Source: Octopus vulgaris (taxonomy: Eukaryota). From it: a DNA stretch of 64,000 nucleotides. Under the pieces are notes generated by a model, which was given only the letters and a program-made list of their open reading frames with translations, was not told the DNA's origin and ran no database searches. A program made the translations under genes and the position numbers. The first letter of the stretch is position 1. Each line of letters starts with the position of its first letter. Shown in pieces: positions 1 through 14,360 of this stretch. The stretch is taken from contig OX597826.1 of the NCBI GenBank assembly GCA_951406725.2, positions 3,844,001 through 3,908,000 of the forward strand. Reading direction: 5' to 3'.

Positions 1-500
1 TCTGTGATAACGATCCCTATTGATCAATTTTTTTTCCTTTCCCTTTTTTTTTACTCCCCCCCCCCACTTTTTTTTAAAATGTTATTCCCCCCTTTTTTGT
101 CCTCTTTCTTTCCCTTTACGATCCCTTTTGATCGAAAACCAAACCTCCTTTTTACCCCCAAAAGAAAAGCTCTACCTTGTAATTTGTCCTGTCTGTGTGC
201 AGCCCTGTGTAGCTAATAAAGAAACATATCTATCTGTCTATCTATCTATCTGTTTATTTATCTATCTATCTATCTATCTGTCTATCAATCTGTCTATCAA
301 TCTATCTATCTATCTACCTATCTATCTGTCTGTCTGTCTGTCTGTCTGTCTATTTATCTATCTGTCTAGCTGTTGTCTTTCTATTTGTCTGTGTATCTGT
401 CTGTCTGTGCCTGTCCATGTGCCTATCTGACTGCCTCTCTCCCTATACATCTGTCTATCTTTCTATCTAACATGTACCAACCTACCTACCTACTTATCTG

Positions 501-534
<34 letters not shown>

Positions 535-888
535 TATACACATATCTTGCAATCTATTTATCTATGTTCAAAATATAAACACCCCGTATTCCTTACTTAA
601 CATCGTCTACCGCTTGGGGTAAAAAATATGAAAACTTGGTTTTCAAAATATTCTCTGATGTTTGGTTAGTTTTGATGTTATTTCCCTTCATGACTTTGTA
701 GATGTACTCGTTGCAACGCTTGTGGCTTTACAGCAGTTTAATATTTATGTATGAGAGAAACATGGTTTTCGTAGTGGAGTATTAACATGATATTACAAAA
801 TATTGTGCTAAAAGCTGTGTATAAGACAGCAGTATGCATATATGTATATATATATATATATTTCAATGTGTATCTTTGTATATTGGTA

Positions 889-925
<37 letters not shown>

Positions 926-944
926 GAGAGAGAGAGAGAGAGAG

Positions 945-1147
945 AGAGTTAATGCAAACAAGAAAACACAAAAAAACACAGCAACGCGAGGACGTGGAAC
1001 AAAAAAGTATTATGGACGCTCAGGAAAGAAGGGAAGAAGGAGGATTTAACGTTTCGAGCGGAGCTCTTCGTCGGAAACAAAGGAGAAGGAAAGATCCCGA
1101 GAGGGGAAGACAGGAAAAAAAATTGCTGGCGATGCTCACGAGGTCAC
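945..1147 (-). mobile_element. Penelope-like (PLE) terminal-repeat remnant, family P1 copy 1, with minimal hammerhead (U4C core variant)
   Basis: Homologous to 33495-33690, 46350-46560 and 55780-55925. Minus strand reads gttt-CCGACGA-a-gagc-tcc-gctc-GAAA-cg-TT-aaat, the layout of PLE minimal type I HHRs. Confidence 0.7.
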
Positions 1148-1177
1148 TCATATATGTGTGTGTGTGTGTGTGTGTGT

Positions 1178-1496
1178 GGAGGCGCAATGACCTAGTGGTT
1201 AGGGCAGCGGACTCGCGGTCGAAGGGTTGCCGTTTCGATTCCCTGACCGGGCGTTGTGAGTGTTTATTGAGCGAGAAAACACCTAAAGCTTCACAAGGCT
1301 CCTGCAGGGGGTGGGGGTAGCAATCCCTGCTGTACTCTTTCACCACGACTTTCTCTCACTCTTTCTTCTGTTGGTCGGCTCGCTTAGCGAGTGGGGTGGC
1401 GTCATTTAAAGGCTAAAAGAAACAATGTGAAGCGCATTGTGACCAGCGATGTTTAGCAACATCTGATACCCTTGTCAGTCACGGTGATCACGGTGA
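1178..1496 (+). mobile_element. tRNA-derived SINE, family C
   Basis: tRNA-like head (ggcgcaatgacctagtggttagggcagcggactc...gtttcgattcc, A/B-box-like) and tandem tail tcacggtga x2. The 5' half is shared with 37822-38109; a related head occurs at ~31987-32056. Confidence 0.8.
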
Positions 1497-1536
1497 TATG
1501 TATGTATATATATATATATATATATACTGTTATCTA

Positions 1537-1574
<38 letters not shown>

Positions 1575-1575
<1 letters not shown>

Positions 1576-1950
1576 CTATATAAACGGCAGTTTGTCTGTG
1601 CGTTTTCTGTGTGTCTGTTTTCTCGTACCCTCACTCTGACCACGGCTTTCAACCGATTCTGATGAAACTTGACACACACATAGCCCAATGTCATAATTCA
1701 AAACTAACGCAGCGAAAATTTTGTAAAGTTCCCCCAGTTCTGAAAAAAATCGATAAATTCGACATGGGGTCGAGAATCAGAAACCCAAACCACAGACCGT
1801 CTAGGGGACGCAACTCCACCTTTTTTAACTCTCAAAAAAAATTTACCATAATTTATTTTCCATTTTTTTGCTATTTTTTGCTATAACTCTCTAAAAATGC
1901 TTTATAGTTATTTCCCTTACAAACCTGAGCAACGCCGGGCGATACTGCTA

Positions 1951-1951
<1 letters not shown>
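1575..1951 (+). mobile_element. Non-autonomous Helitron
   Basis: Starts A|TC (1575) and ends CTAG|T (1948-1951). A subterminal GC hairpin (cctgagc-aac-gccggg) lies just before the 3' end, and there is no TSD. Confidence 0.75.
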
Positions 1952-1989
<38 letters not shown>

Positions 1990-2023
1990 TACACATACAC
2001 ATATACGTTTTATTACGTATGAA

Positions 2024-2933
2024 GGATCTTTTCCGTTTGGCTGCCAGCGTTTCAAAAGTTTATCGAAAATCTTAAATTTCATACATTAAGGTATTTTTCC
2101 AAGCTGAATTGCTGGAGATATTTCACGTTTTCCAGAAAAATACTTTTTTAAATGTTATAGAGCTTTAACTTTTAATTATGTCCACCCAGACAGGAAGCTG
2201 GATTTGGACGTTCTTATTTTGAGCTTGGGTGCACATTTTGTCGTCAACATCCTGAAATTGCCATGTGTTTGTAATGTTTGTGTCCTGTACGCGGAAAACG
2301 TGTAAGCAACACGTATTTTGTAGTTTGAAGCATTGAGTATGTATTTAGTATGCATTTAATTAGCTGTTATTTAAAGCACACTTCACAACCAGCCCCAGAA
2401 AAAAAAAAAATTAAGCAACACGTCTTTTTCAGTTTGAAGTATTCAATATGCATTTAATGCCGTAGGACGAACTTAAAAGATTGATCTAAAAACAAAATAG
2501 TACATTACAAATTAAATATTTTAAAAAAACATTTTATTGATTAGTTCATTGAAAACGAAAGTTAGAAATGCATTCAATCAATTTCTCGAATAAATCACAA
2601 TTATCACATCTTCTGCGCCACATAAATTCGCAATTGTCAACATATAAGTAAAACAAATGCTTTCAATATATTGGTCAATACGTGCTTTCTTGCAGACAAA
2701 AGAGTTCTCATGCTCCGCTTACCACTATGGAAACAAGCATGAATGTGTCTAGCTTACAATTGGCTAAATTACTCTAAATTTTCAAACTTTAATTGTTAAT
2801 AACTTTTCATTCATTGATTTATAGTAAGAATTATTTTCACGTCATTCATTAGTCTATAACTGCCTATCATCACACTGAATATATAATCAATTTGAGAAGA
2901 AATTCATGCTGGTAGCCAAACGGAAGAAATTCC
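2024..2933. mobile_element. Putative non-autonomous TIR DNA transposon (MITE-like)
   Basis: Imperfect ~25-bp TIRs ggatcttttccgtttggctgccagc (2024-2048) and gctggtagccaaacggaagaaattcc (2908-2933). No ORF inside. Confidence 0.55.
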
Positions 2934-3031
2934 AAATGAAGACAGAAACAAACCGATTTAGCACACCGCACATATAGTTGGAGTTATACTTGTTGAACAA
3001 CTTGTCGTAGGCACTCACTCACACACACACA

Positions 3032-3091
<60 letters not shown>

Positions 3092-3649
3092 CATATATAC
3101 ATACATATATATATATATATGTTCGTATAAATATGTGTGTTGATAACTGCCTGGTGATTGAAATATATTTCAATGGCAGAAAAACCTTTTGCTAGCGAAA
3201 TATTTAATAACTAAAGATCATTTTTCCCCTGTGCTTTTGATGGGCAGAAGATGAAATTGTTGATTCATCATTTCATGCTATTAATACTCATCAGAGAAAA
3301 TGTACTCAGTTTCCATCGACAACCTTGATTATAAAGCTAAATTTCGACGGTAGTCATAAGTTAGGCAATCACCGTTGAGGACAGTTGAATTTCTATTTAT
3401 AAATGGATGTCATTAATCAAGTAATATCCTCCTCTAATTAAACAGAGTACATCTTCCTTTGCTGTGCCATCAACAAACCAAAAATCAAAAATGTTCATCA
3501 CAACTCCTCCTGTTCATTATCCTGCACCTACAAAATATATTAAAAAACATGTATTTCCTGGTCGTTCAAACTCAACTCTATAACACAGCTCACGAGATGT
3601 ATGAGCTTTACATGAACGTATCGAAAGAATTGCTATGAATACGGATATA

Positions 3650-4215
3650 TTGGGTTGTCCGGAAAGTTCGTGCCGATTTTTAGAGGAAAGAAAAAGGTCA
3701 ATAAATACTTGCCATTACATATTTAATCAACCAAATATGAACCATTTTGTTGCACAATGCGTCTCCATCTTTCCTTTAACTTGAAAATACCCTCTTCCCA
3801 GAATTGAGGTGGTTTCAGGGCAAAGAATTCATCAAGATATCTTTTTACGTCATCCAAGGAATTGAAAATTTTACCATTAAAGCTATTCTGCAGAGACCTG
3901 AATAAGTGGAAATCCGAAGGAGCAATATCTGGTGAATATGGAGGGAGGGGTAACACATCCCAGCCGAGCTGCAGTAATTTTTGTCTGGTTCCCAAAGCAT
4001 CAAGTGGCGAAAATGAACTTTCTTATCTTCCATTTTAAAGGGTTACAAAATTAACACAGGTTATACGAATATAAACCTTCTTCCACTAAAAGATAGCTTA
4101 AGCTGTGCTCTAAATGGAGGTGGAGTCAAATCCTGTTTTATAGACTCAACCATGTTCTAAAATAAGTCGAAATGTGAGCTACTATAAATCTGCACGATCT
4201 TTCCGGACCACCCAA
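3650..4215 (-). mobile_element. Internally deleted mariner transposon with both TIRs and TA target duplication
   Basis: 30-bp TIRs ttgggttgtccggaaagttcgtgccgattt / aaatctgcacgatctttccggaccacccaa with TA on both sides. Transposase N-terminus MEDKKVHFRHLMLWE (ORF 3845..4033) is joined out of frame to C-terminus ...PPYSPDIAPSDFHLFRSLQN...ERW...NGSYLVD (ORF 3723..3995). Confidence 0.92.
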
Positions 4216-4380
4216 TATTTAAACGCATAACTTAAGAATTTGTTGACCACAAACATAAAGCAGAGTACTGCAAACAGCAGTATTAAAAGCAAATCTAACG
4301 AAACTGAAATTAAAGTCTGACTTTGTCATACAATGAAACATAGGATCCTGGAAAAAATACATCTATACGACTTCAATTAA

Positions 4381-4578
4381 CGAGGTGAGGGTCTGAAAAG
4401 TTCTTGGTTTTAAAGGTAACACAGAAAGTCTGGTTTGAGGTCCAAACTTCCGAGTTTTTTTACAGGGCTTAGAGAAGTTGAACGACCGTTGTAATAAGTG
4501 TGTGAACTTGAGAGCGGAATATGTTGAGTAAAATCATAATTCACTAATCCTCCTGATTTCCTTTTCAGCACACCTTCG
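4381..4578 (+). mobile_element. Mariner-derived MITE retaining the transposase C-terminal tail
   Basis: Ends cgagg...ctgaaaag / cttttcagcacaccttcg. The interior reads FLQGLEKLNDRCNKCVNLRAEYVE*, a mariner C-terminus. The same right end recurs at ~44652-44673 (gaacttttcagcacaccctcgta). Confidence 0.65.
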
Positions 4579-5132
4579 CATATATTCTGGACACTCCTCT
4601 CACTTGAAAAGTACCACATATGAATGGAAAAAAACGCTTAACACTTCGTCACCTCAGATTTCGCTGACACATTCTCTTTTGTCCTTACATACTTTATGAA
4701 ATTTACTTTTTCGTCCTGCATATAATTATTCCTTCTTTGATGCAGGATAATTACGTCTAATTATATTTAACATTTAGACGGAAGAATAATTTTTTTTAAA
4801 TAACATAGCTTCCCATTATGCAATGTGGAGATAAACGCGGTGACAAGACCGAGTCTGCGATGCCTATACCAATCCACCATATAATCCAATTTGCGTTGAT
4901 GTAAAATCTGTATAAAATTACTAATACCAATAATATCTCTTAACTTCTTAGATAAACCGCTACATACAAATGAATTTCTATGAACAGACCATCATAAAGG
5001 TTGTACACTATTTCAAAATTGTAAAAGAAGAAACCACTTAAAATATAGCAAATATATATATTATATATAGTTTACACGTATATTTGCATGTGTGTGTGTG
5101 TGTGTGTTTGTGTGTGTGTGTTTGCGTGTGTT

Positions 5133-5183
<51 letters not shown>

Positions 5184-5429
5184 ACTAAATGAGCAGGTTT
5201 TGGGGGTTTGTTTGTTTGACTTTTGTGTGTATGAATAATAAATCAAAAGATACAAACGGATATATTTCCTTCATATATTATGCATTTGGTTACGTATCTG
5301 AACGTCTCAATGCAACTAACCAATGGGTATGTATATATACATATATATATACACATATATTTACATATATACACGTATATATATACACATATATATATAT
5401 ATATATACACAAACATATATATGCATATA

Positions 5430-5496
<67 letters not shown>

Positions 5497-6590
5497 GTTT
5501 ATATGCATACATATATATATAATGATATCTCTCTATATAATGTAACAGACCTGTACTTCCATAACCACATATCAATTTTTCCAGACGAGACACATTCAAT
5601 TCTGAATCGTTTGAAATAGTTTAATTTTCTATTTGATTAGGTGTAACTCTTTGTGGCCGACAGATAGTTCAGTGCAAGTGAATTTCATCTCGACTATAAT
5701 ACAGCAATTTGATAGCTTCACACCATCTGACTTTAAATTCTTCGTTAAATGCAAATTGACTTCGCGTTGTAACTGTCTCTCTCTCTCTCATTCACTTGCC
5801 GTCTCTCTCTTCTAATTCCTCTTCCAGAATATTCTCTATGCATCACTATCTTCACCAATCTCGTTGCTTCTCTCTCTACCGCTCTCAACAAAATAATTGT
5901 CGGATATTTTTTTTATTAGCGACCGAAAGGTTATTGTAGCTTTTACGACTAAGTGCTTGTAAATTCTTCACGATATGAATTTCTCAGTTTAATGCAAATT
6001 GAAAAAAAAAATCCTCGTTGTAGCAGATGAGCGTAATCGATTGAATCAAATCAATTATATTCATTTATAATATTGTGGTACTGATTTTATCGATTCAGAT
6101 ATGATGAAAAGCCAAGATCCTTCCATGAAAGTCACTTGTATGAGGGTAAATTCATTTGTTTAATTCCTGAATAAAGTTTTCTTTCACAATATATTTACGC
6201 TAGAATATCCAAAGTTAATCAATCCTTTTATGGATCTGTAAATTATTTTATTATTGTAGTATTTGTTTTAACTTTTGCTCTCAGGAATCATGAAAGCCTA
6301 ACATGCGGCTGCCGTTGTGGCGGCGGCAGCTGCTTCTATTGCCGCCGCTGCTGTTGCGACGCTATTTCTTCTAGGTCAACCCGGATTCACAGCCGCATAA
6401 TTAAAGGTGTTCAGACTCTGACTACATCGTAAATTAAATATAGAATTATATTTTCAAGTCTAGAATTAAACCTGTCATGTTTGAATTTCTCATTATTAAA
6501 CCTAGTAGTGTGTGGTTTTAGAGATGTTTCTTGCTATATCTAGCACATGTGATGATTACTCTTGGTTTTGTGAAGGAATAAAAGAATATA

Positions 6591-8038
6591 TCGGGTCATC
6601 CTATAAATAATGCGGTTTTCTTATATTTTTATTTTTCAAAATTAAGATAAACGAAGTTCTTATTTAGTCTAAAATATACTCTCCCTCATTTTCTACAATG
6701 CTCTTCTATCTGTCTGGTAGACTTGCAAAGCCCCTCTTCCAAAATCCTCTCGTCCTTACTGTTCTGACCTCGTCTACAGAATTCATATTTTTTCCATTAA
6801 AACGATTTTGAAGACTGCAGAATAAATGATAATCAGATGGGTCACCGTCCGGTGAATATGGTGGGTGGGGCATCATTTCTCATTCAAACTGCTCCAACTT
6901 TTAGAATATCATCCTCGCTATATGTGGCCGAGCATTATTCTGATGGACGAACACCTTTCGACTTGAAAGCAAAGATGGTCGCTTTTCTTCTAATACTGTA
7001 AGCTGCTCAAGCAGCTGACAGCCGATCTCCTTTATTATCGTTTGGTCTGGGTTTAAATGTTCAAAGTGGACTAAACCCTTCGTATCCCACCAAACAAATA
7101 ACAACAGCTTACGTGAGTAAAGACCTTCTTTAGCCTGGGGTGCTGGTGTTTCTCTTTTCCCTACTCATTGTCTTCGGCGCTTGACATTTTTATAGAGAAC
7201 CCACTTCTCGCCACGAGTCATTATTCGGCCCCAAATTGTTTATTCGTGAGAGGTGACAGCAAAGAAGAGCACATATTCATTCTCTGCGCGCGATTAGACT
7301 CGGAAAGTGTGTGAGGAACACATTGACCCAATTTAATGACTTTTCCGATGGCACGCAGGTGTCGATGAATGGTTGAATGACGAAATCCAACCTGCTCTGC
7401 TAGTTCCTCAACAGTTACGATGAGATTTTCTCCCACCAACATTTGCAGGAGGTCCTCGTCGAGCTCTATAGATCTTCCAGGACGGGGCTCATCTTCTAGG
7501 CTGTAGTTTCCGACTCGGAATTTTTGGAACCACCGTTAACACTGGCTTACGCTTATTGTCCAATCCCCATATATTGCATTAATATTCCTCGCACAAGGCG
7601 GCGAGCTGGCAGAAACGTTAGCACGCCGGGAGAAATGCTTAGCAGTATTTCGTCTGTCGCTACGTTCTGAGTTCAAATTCCGCTGAGGTCGACTTTGCCT
7701 TTCATCCTTTCGGGGTCGATTAAATAAGTACCAGTTACGCACTGGGGTCGCTATAATCGACTTAATCCGTTTGTCTGTCCTTGTTTGTCCTCTCTGTGTT
7801 TAGTCCCTTGTGGATAATAAAGAAATAGGTATTTCGTCTGTCTTTCCGTTCTGGGTTCAAATTCCGCCGAGGTCGACTTTGACATTCATCCTTTCGGGGT
7901 CGATAAATTAAGTACCATTTCCGTACTAAGGTCGATCAAATCGACTGGCCCCATCCCCAAAAATTTCGGGCCTTGTGCTCAGAGTAATAAAATAGAATAT
8001 TCATCGCACTGGCCATTGTGTTGTTCCTTTTATTGAAC
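6591..8038 (-). mobile_element. Degenerate mariner transposase copy interrupted by a SINE
   Basis: TA plus TIR-like tcgggtcatcc at 6591. Minus-strand motifs include VPHTL (WVPHEL-like), GEKWV, VWWD, HQNNARPH and PHPPYSPD..PSDYHLF, with frameshifts and stops. The N-terminal part resumes after the SINE at 7996. Confidence 0.85.
7595..7995 (+). mobile_element. SINE family B (head + one internal unit + terminal unit) nested in mariner
   Basis: Head ggcggcgagctggcagaaacgttagcacgccggg; core gcctttcatcctttcggggtcgat present twice. 14-bp TSD aatattcctcgcac (7581-7594) / aatattcatcgcac (7996-8009). Confidence 0.9.
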
Positions 8039-8299
8039 ACAGTTCGTGAATTAGGAGCATGGTTGGTCCAGCTTGCTACAAATCTATTTATTAGCACTGT
8101 ACTCTTACTATAGACTCATAATTATCTTGATCTCGATTCCTATTTTATGTTGTTACACGCAGGTGACAATATAACCCATTCCTCCCAACAACCGTCTCCA
8201 ACCATGATTTATCCATTCTTAACCTTGAAACCAAAGATCAAAAATACAGGAAAGTGTCTACAAATGAGAGATTTTCCCTCTCAGCATCAAGAAACCAGA

Positions 8300-8900
8300 A
8301 ACGGCATTCACATAAAGAAAATATCACCACTCTATGCACACAGTTGATCATGAGCATAATCCAACTACAGGCTGGCTCAGAATATTTTCCAGTTATTACG
8401 TGAAAGTATGGCCGTGAATCAATACAGGTGAGAGCAACACAAAAAAGAGCTAAAATCGCATTCCAATGACTGATTCCTCTCTTCAGAGCCAGATATTTCT
8501 TCCCAGCAACTATTGATAGTCTCCAAGTCTCCGGTGAAACCCACAGTCAATTCTTGTTTTTGCATCGGACATAGAGCTATTACTTCTGTCCCCACCACAC
8601 AGGCACACACATCCCAGACCGCATTTCGAAAGATTCACTTGGCTGGTAAGCATAAATTCACTCACAGAGGCGTTCCAGCCTCTCGTCTGGAAGCTTACTT
8701 TCTCTCCAGCCCGCACAGTAACGCTACTATAATTGTTTCTAATCATCGACAACTCCTCAGGTACTCTCAATATACTGTCATTCTTATTGTCAACCATCTC
8801 ACTAAAAGCCAACCTCAGTGCTTCCTCTTCCTAAAGCATCGTCCCTTTAGAATTTACTTACCCCTATTTTCAGCATCTGTTTATTTGCATGCGGTATAAT
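8300..8900 (-). mobile_element. Highly degenerate RTE-like LINE ORF remnant
   Basis: Minus-strand peptides LRVPEELSMIRNNYSSVTVRAGEKVS and CGGDRSNSSMSDAKTRIDCGFHRRLG loosely resemble RTE RT/thumb segments. Judged by eye only. Confidence 0.3.
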
Positions 8901-8934
8901 ATGGTCTGAATACACACATACACACACATGTTTT

Positions 8935-9310
8935 TTCACTTGTTTCAGCAATTTGACTGTGGCCATGTTGCAGCACCACTTTTAATCGTGCAAATCTACC
9001 CCAGAACTCATTGTTTGTAAGCCTAGTATTTATTTTATCGGGGTCGTTTGCCGAATCGCTAGGTTACGGAGACGTAAACATACTAGCATCGGGTGTCAAG
9101 CGATTGTGTGTGGGGTGGGGGTGGAACAAATACAAATACACACACACACACATAAATATATACATACGACGGGCTTCTTTCTGTTTCCGTCTACCAAATC
9201 CACTCACAAGGCTTTTGTCACCCCGAGGTTATAGAAGAAGACAGTTACCCACGGAGCCACGCAGTGGGACTGAACCCGGAACATTGTGGTTGGTAAGTAA
9301 GCTACTTTTA
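8935..9310 (-). mobile_element. tRNA-derived SINE, family A (internal CA/TA microsatellite)
   Basis: Homologous to 35730-36105, 42655-43003, 43635-44025, 44826-45020 and 61228-61470, sharing ccgtctaccaaatccactcacaaggcttt and gacgtaaaca. Confidence 0.85.
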
Positions 9311-9938
9311 TTCATTAAATTTGCAATGTAGGCATCACATAGATAAGATAGCATTGCGTGCTAGACACAGACATTGATGAGGCGAATGATTATGACACAA
9401 AAATGATAAAGATGGGAGAAGGCAGAAAGCACCCGCCGACCCTCTGCTTCTCTATAACATTGTTCTTTAAAACACATATACAGAGGTATACAAGTTAAGA
9501 TACAATATATTTGGACTAAAGAGTCCATATAAATATAAAACACAATTTATACACAAATTGGAGGCGATAAACCTCTACAATCTTTCCCCGAGTAATTTTC
9601 TTGCGACATGCAGGCATTCCGCAACCGCAATCCAGGGCTCCAAAAAAGAATTCTATATTTCTCGTTTTTACACGAGTCAATTATAAGATCACAGTACTTT
9701 CCTTCCAGCACCAGAGCAGCCACTCTGGGCTGCACACACACAAAAAAACCCACACATGTTTATAGTGAAATCGATAAAAAGAGCATACTAAACTTACTAT
9801 GTGGATTGGTAAAATAAACATTTCGGCGAGAAAGCTTCTTCATGGAGAAGATGCAAGAAAAGAATTAAAGAAACGACTGCTCAGTTTTAGATCCTCGAAA
9901 AACAGATAAAAAAACCTGGGTTTCAGGATAAAATGCTG

Positions 9939-10015
<77 letters not shown>

Positions 10016-10939
10016 GTTTTTTTTTCTCATATTTACCCAGGAGGACACTGCCCGAAACATTGAATTTACTAATCTTCACAGTAAGTTCACTGTACACTAA
10101 TTTCTACCGATTTCACTAAACAATAGATGTCTCACTAACACCAGCTGTTTGACCTTGTATGCTTGTATATATATATATTTATCTATATCTATCTATCTAG
10201 TCTCTGAAGGGTGTCAAAATAGTAACGAATGTGAAGCACATTTCTACACATTTTCTACATGAAGCACATTTCAGATAACAGAGTGTAGAATAAATTATCC
10301 CTAGGCAGAGATGACAAGATGCTTGCAGCTTAAATGATTATCATCATAAGTTTGATTCGACATAACCAACTTGGGAAAATCAACAAGTCTCCAACATAAG
10401 TCTAAACAATTTCAGTTGATGTACAGCTTAAAAAAGCAAAAACAAGACAAGATGAACATCACTAGTGAAATGCTAATACATATTTAATAAAGAGGTGAAT
10501 GACAGAGTCGGTATGGGTAGACATGAACCTGAGAGCAGGTGAATTTTCCAAGTAAATATTCTAAGCTACTTAGGCCGGAACAGTATAATTACAGTCATTC
10601 TAGCATCTTATATTAATGTAAGTATATATATATATATATATATGCGTGTGTGTGTGTGTGTGTATGTGTGTGCTTGTGTATGTGTGTGTATGTGTGTATG
10701 TATGTATGGATGTATGTATATACATATATGTATAGATATGTCTGATTGTGTATGTGTCTATCTATGTGTGTGCATCTGTGTCCATGCATATATATATGTA
10801 TATATATATATAGAGAGAGATAGATAGAGAGATATATAGATACATACATACATACATACATACATACATACATAGATATAGATATAGACATATAGATAGG
10901 CATATACGTTATATAGTATATGTAATATTTACATGTATA

Positions 10940-10981
<42 letters not shown>

Positions 10982-11156
10982 AATATGTATATATACATGT
11001 GTGAGAGTGTATATGTGTGTATATATATGTATTATATATATGTATAAATATCTATCTATATCTATCTATATCTATCTATCTCTCTTTCTCAGTATATATG
11101 TATATATATATAAGTGTATGTATATATATTTATATAAGTGTATATATATATATATA

Positions 11157-11188
<32 letters not shown>

Positions 11189-11724
11189 CATACATATACA
11201 TACATACATACATATATATATATGTATGTATGTATGTATAAATGCATTCATAGGAATAGATATTCATGTACATACTCATATTTATCTTTTTATGTGCGCG
11301 CAGACACACATACACACACCCACACACACACCTACACACGCACCCACACACATAATGTATATATGTCATATGTATATATTACAGGAAGCTAAGTCGATAA
11401 TGGAATGTGTTTATGGGGATGTATCCCAGTGTGTGCGCGTATGGCTGACTGTGTGTTTATAATTATATACATAAAAAAAAAATCATCAAAAATATAATAA
11501 TAGCTAAAACAAAGGAGAAACTGGAAAGCATACTTATGCATACATAAAATTGTATTAATGACAAAATACTTCGAAAAAGAGGGGAAACATTCAGAAGGTA
11601 AATATAAGGAATAAAACGCGAAAAAAAGCAGGTAGATGAGAAAGACGGAGTAATATAGAACTGACAGAAATGCAGGTAATACAGGGACACACATTCGTAT
11701 TCATACGCGCTCACGTACACACAC

Positions 11725-11769
<45 letters not shown>

Positions 11770-11838
11770 AGATAGATAGAGAGAGAGAGAGATGTAACTG
11801 TACTATTCCTAATATATATATATATATTTATATTCCTC

Positions 11839-11909
<71 letters not shown>

Positions 11910-12159
11910 CATACATACATATGCATAGGCATGGGGTGAGTATCTCTATACATATAGATACAGAGAGATACACGCACACACTGACACACACGCATGCGTA
12001 GACACAAACACACATATATACACATATATATGTGCATACACACAGATACACACATACACGTATATATATATATATATATATATATGTTTCTATATATATG
12101 CATATATATACATACATATATAGATACATACACATGCACACATATGTATGTATGTATGT

Positions 12160-12200
<41 letters not shown>

Positions 12201-12837
12201 CATACATGTCTATAAATAGAAAGATAATGAATGGGAAACGAAAAAAATACACACGTAAAGAAATAAGATAAAAATAATGTTGATTTGGAAGTGAAGGTTG
12301 TTGTGGAGTTGGTAATTTCATTATATATTTGCCGTTCCTTTTAGTCTAATTGCTTCAACAAACACACCTGCTGTATATTCGAAATGATTGTTTGCGTTGG
12401 TTAGAGTCAAAGAGCAAATGCTGCGATCGTATTCACAATTAAACATACTTGCCCTGTGTTCGCACGTGAACGCTCCATCACGCACACAATCATACAGACA
12501 TACAGACATACACGCACACACACACACACACACACGAACAAACACACACATATAGAAATGCATCATGTGTATACACAAAGACGTATATGGAGACATGGAG
12601 TCTTTCTCATTTAGCAAACGCTTGCCGTGTGTTCCTTGCATACGAGTTTTATTTAACTATAAGACCTATTGTTTAAATATGCATATACACATACGACGAT
12701 GCGCAGAAACAAACACACAAAGGCCTCTATTCATATACATACATACACGCAACCCCACATACATATGTACTTATATATATATATATATATATATATATAC
12801 GTCTATATATTCATATGCATGTGTATATATATACACG

Positions 12838-12869
<32 letters not shown>

Positions 12870-12881
12870 CACATATATATA

Positions 12882-12930
<49 letters not shown>

Positions 12931-13039
12931 TGTGTATGTGTATACATGCACGCATATATATTTTCTTATACAACTTTCTATGTATACCTATTTTTATGTA
13001 TGCGAATATGTCTCTGTGTGTATATGTCTATATATATAT

Positions 13040-13073
<34 letters not shown>

Positions 13074-14360
13074 TCACTAGTTTACTCAGAAACAGTGTGA
13101 AACCCAGAATAAACGTTATGCGGTTAACCTACAGCTATAAAAGACTATTTCGGAGAAAGTCAACAACAAATGGATCTCCACCTCTTTTTCACTTCGCACA
13201 CAGAGAAATAAAGTCGTTATCCTGACATATTTTTCGGATGTGACTGTTGTGATTTTAAATGCAAATTGGGAAATCGGTTCCTTGTCTTGTTATAAAAATA
13301 GTTATTTCGACAGCGTTTCAACTAGATCGAACTTAACCGAACACCAGCCAAAGTAGCACGGCTTCTTTTCCATTAGTGTCACATTTAAATTCGGTGAAGT
13401 TCAACCTACACATACTCTCTTATTCTGAGTCTTAAATTCCTGAATAAATCATCTAGTGGTGAAGATTCACAGAAAAGTGTGAGAAGAAAATATTTGCAGC
13501 ACTCACTATAAAGGCATTAACTCTTTGTGTTTGAACAGTTCTAAATAATTTTGGAAGGAAAAGTTTATATGTACGACAAGTAAGCTTTCATATTTCATGT
13601 AATAAAGCACAGCCTGTTAAATACTTAGGAACTGAATTGGTAATGTTGTCAGCCAGCAATATATTCATATCTAGTTCGAGTCGGGTCAGTGTAGGCGCCG
13701 AGTAGTATTCTTTTCTATTTCAAAATATGTTTCATATCGAACATGTGGTGACCTCAGGTGGTTGTTGTTGAAAGTTAAGTTCATATTTTTTTCAAATTTC
13801 ATTATTATTTCTTGAATATTTTTTTTCATATAATATTTTGCTTTTGTTATGGGTAACCGCCATAAGCATTATTTCATTCTCTTTTGGAAGGGACGCCACG
13901 GCGTATCGCGCGACACAAATTAATTAAGCTAAATTCAACATTCCACGAAGTTCCTTAATAAGCGGAGAATATAAAACATCGAAGAAGTTCATATATTCCG
14001 TTAATTTTCCTTCTTAACTCTCTAACGATTTAGCTGTAGAGACAAAGAGAGGAATTTCTTATATGTAGATACAATAATTCCAATGCAATTCTTCCAGGCA
14101 AGGAAATATATTTATTGTAGAAAATATATTTATCGTATTTAAATCTATAAATAAGGATAATATCGATATTTAAATATCGATCTCATCATGTGGCCAGAAT
14201 GGGAATAAATACCATACAAAGGTAATAATTATTTAAAACTATAAATTAGGGTATCTGAGCGCCATAGCAGTCAAAACCCTGACCCTAAAACCACCTTAAA
14301 TGTTTATATCGCGCCAAGAGAGAAGACAGAGAGACAAAATAAAGTAGCAAAAAAGATTTT

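Noticed and set aside
1178-1250. tRNA-like sequence (also ~31987-32056 and ~38040-38109)
   Set aside because: The acceptor stem is incomplete and the sequence continues into, or is homologous to, a SINE body, so these are SINE heads rather than tRNA genes.
3255-3300. CTGATGA...GAAA on the minus strand
   Set aside because: Stem II is poorly paired, and there is no UH triplet or stem I partner at the right spacing.
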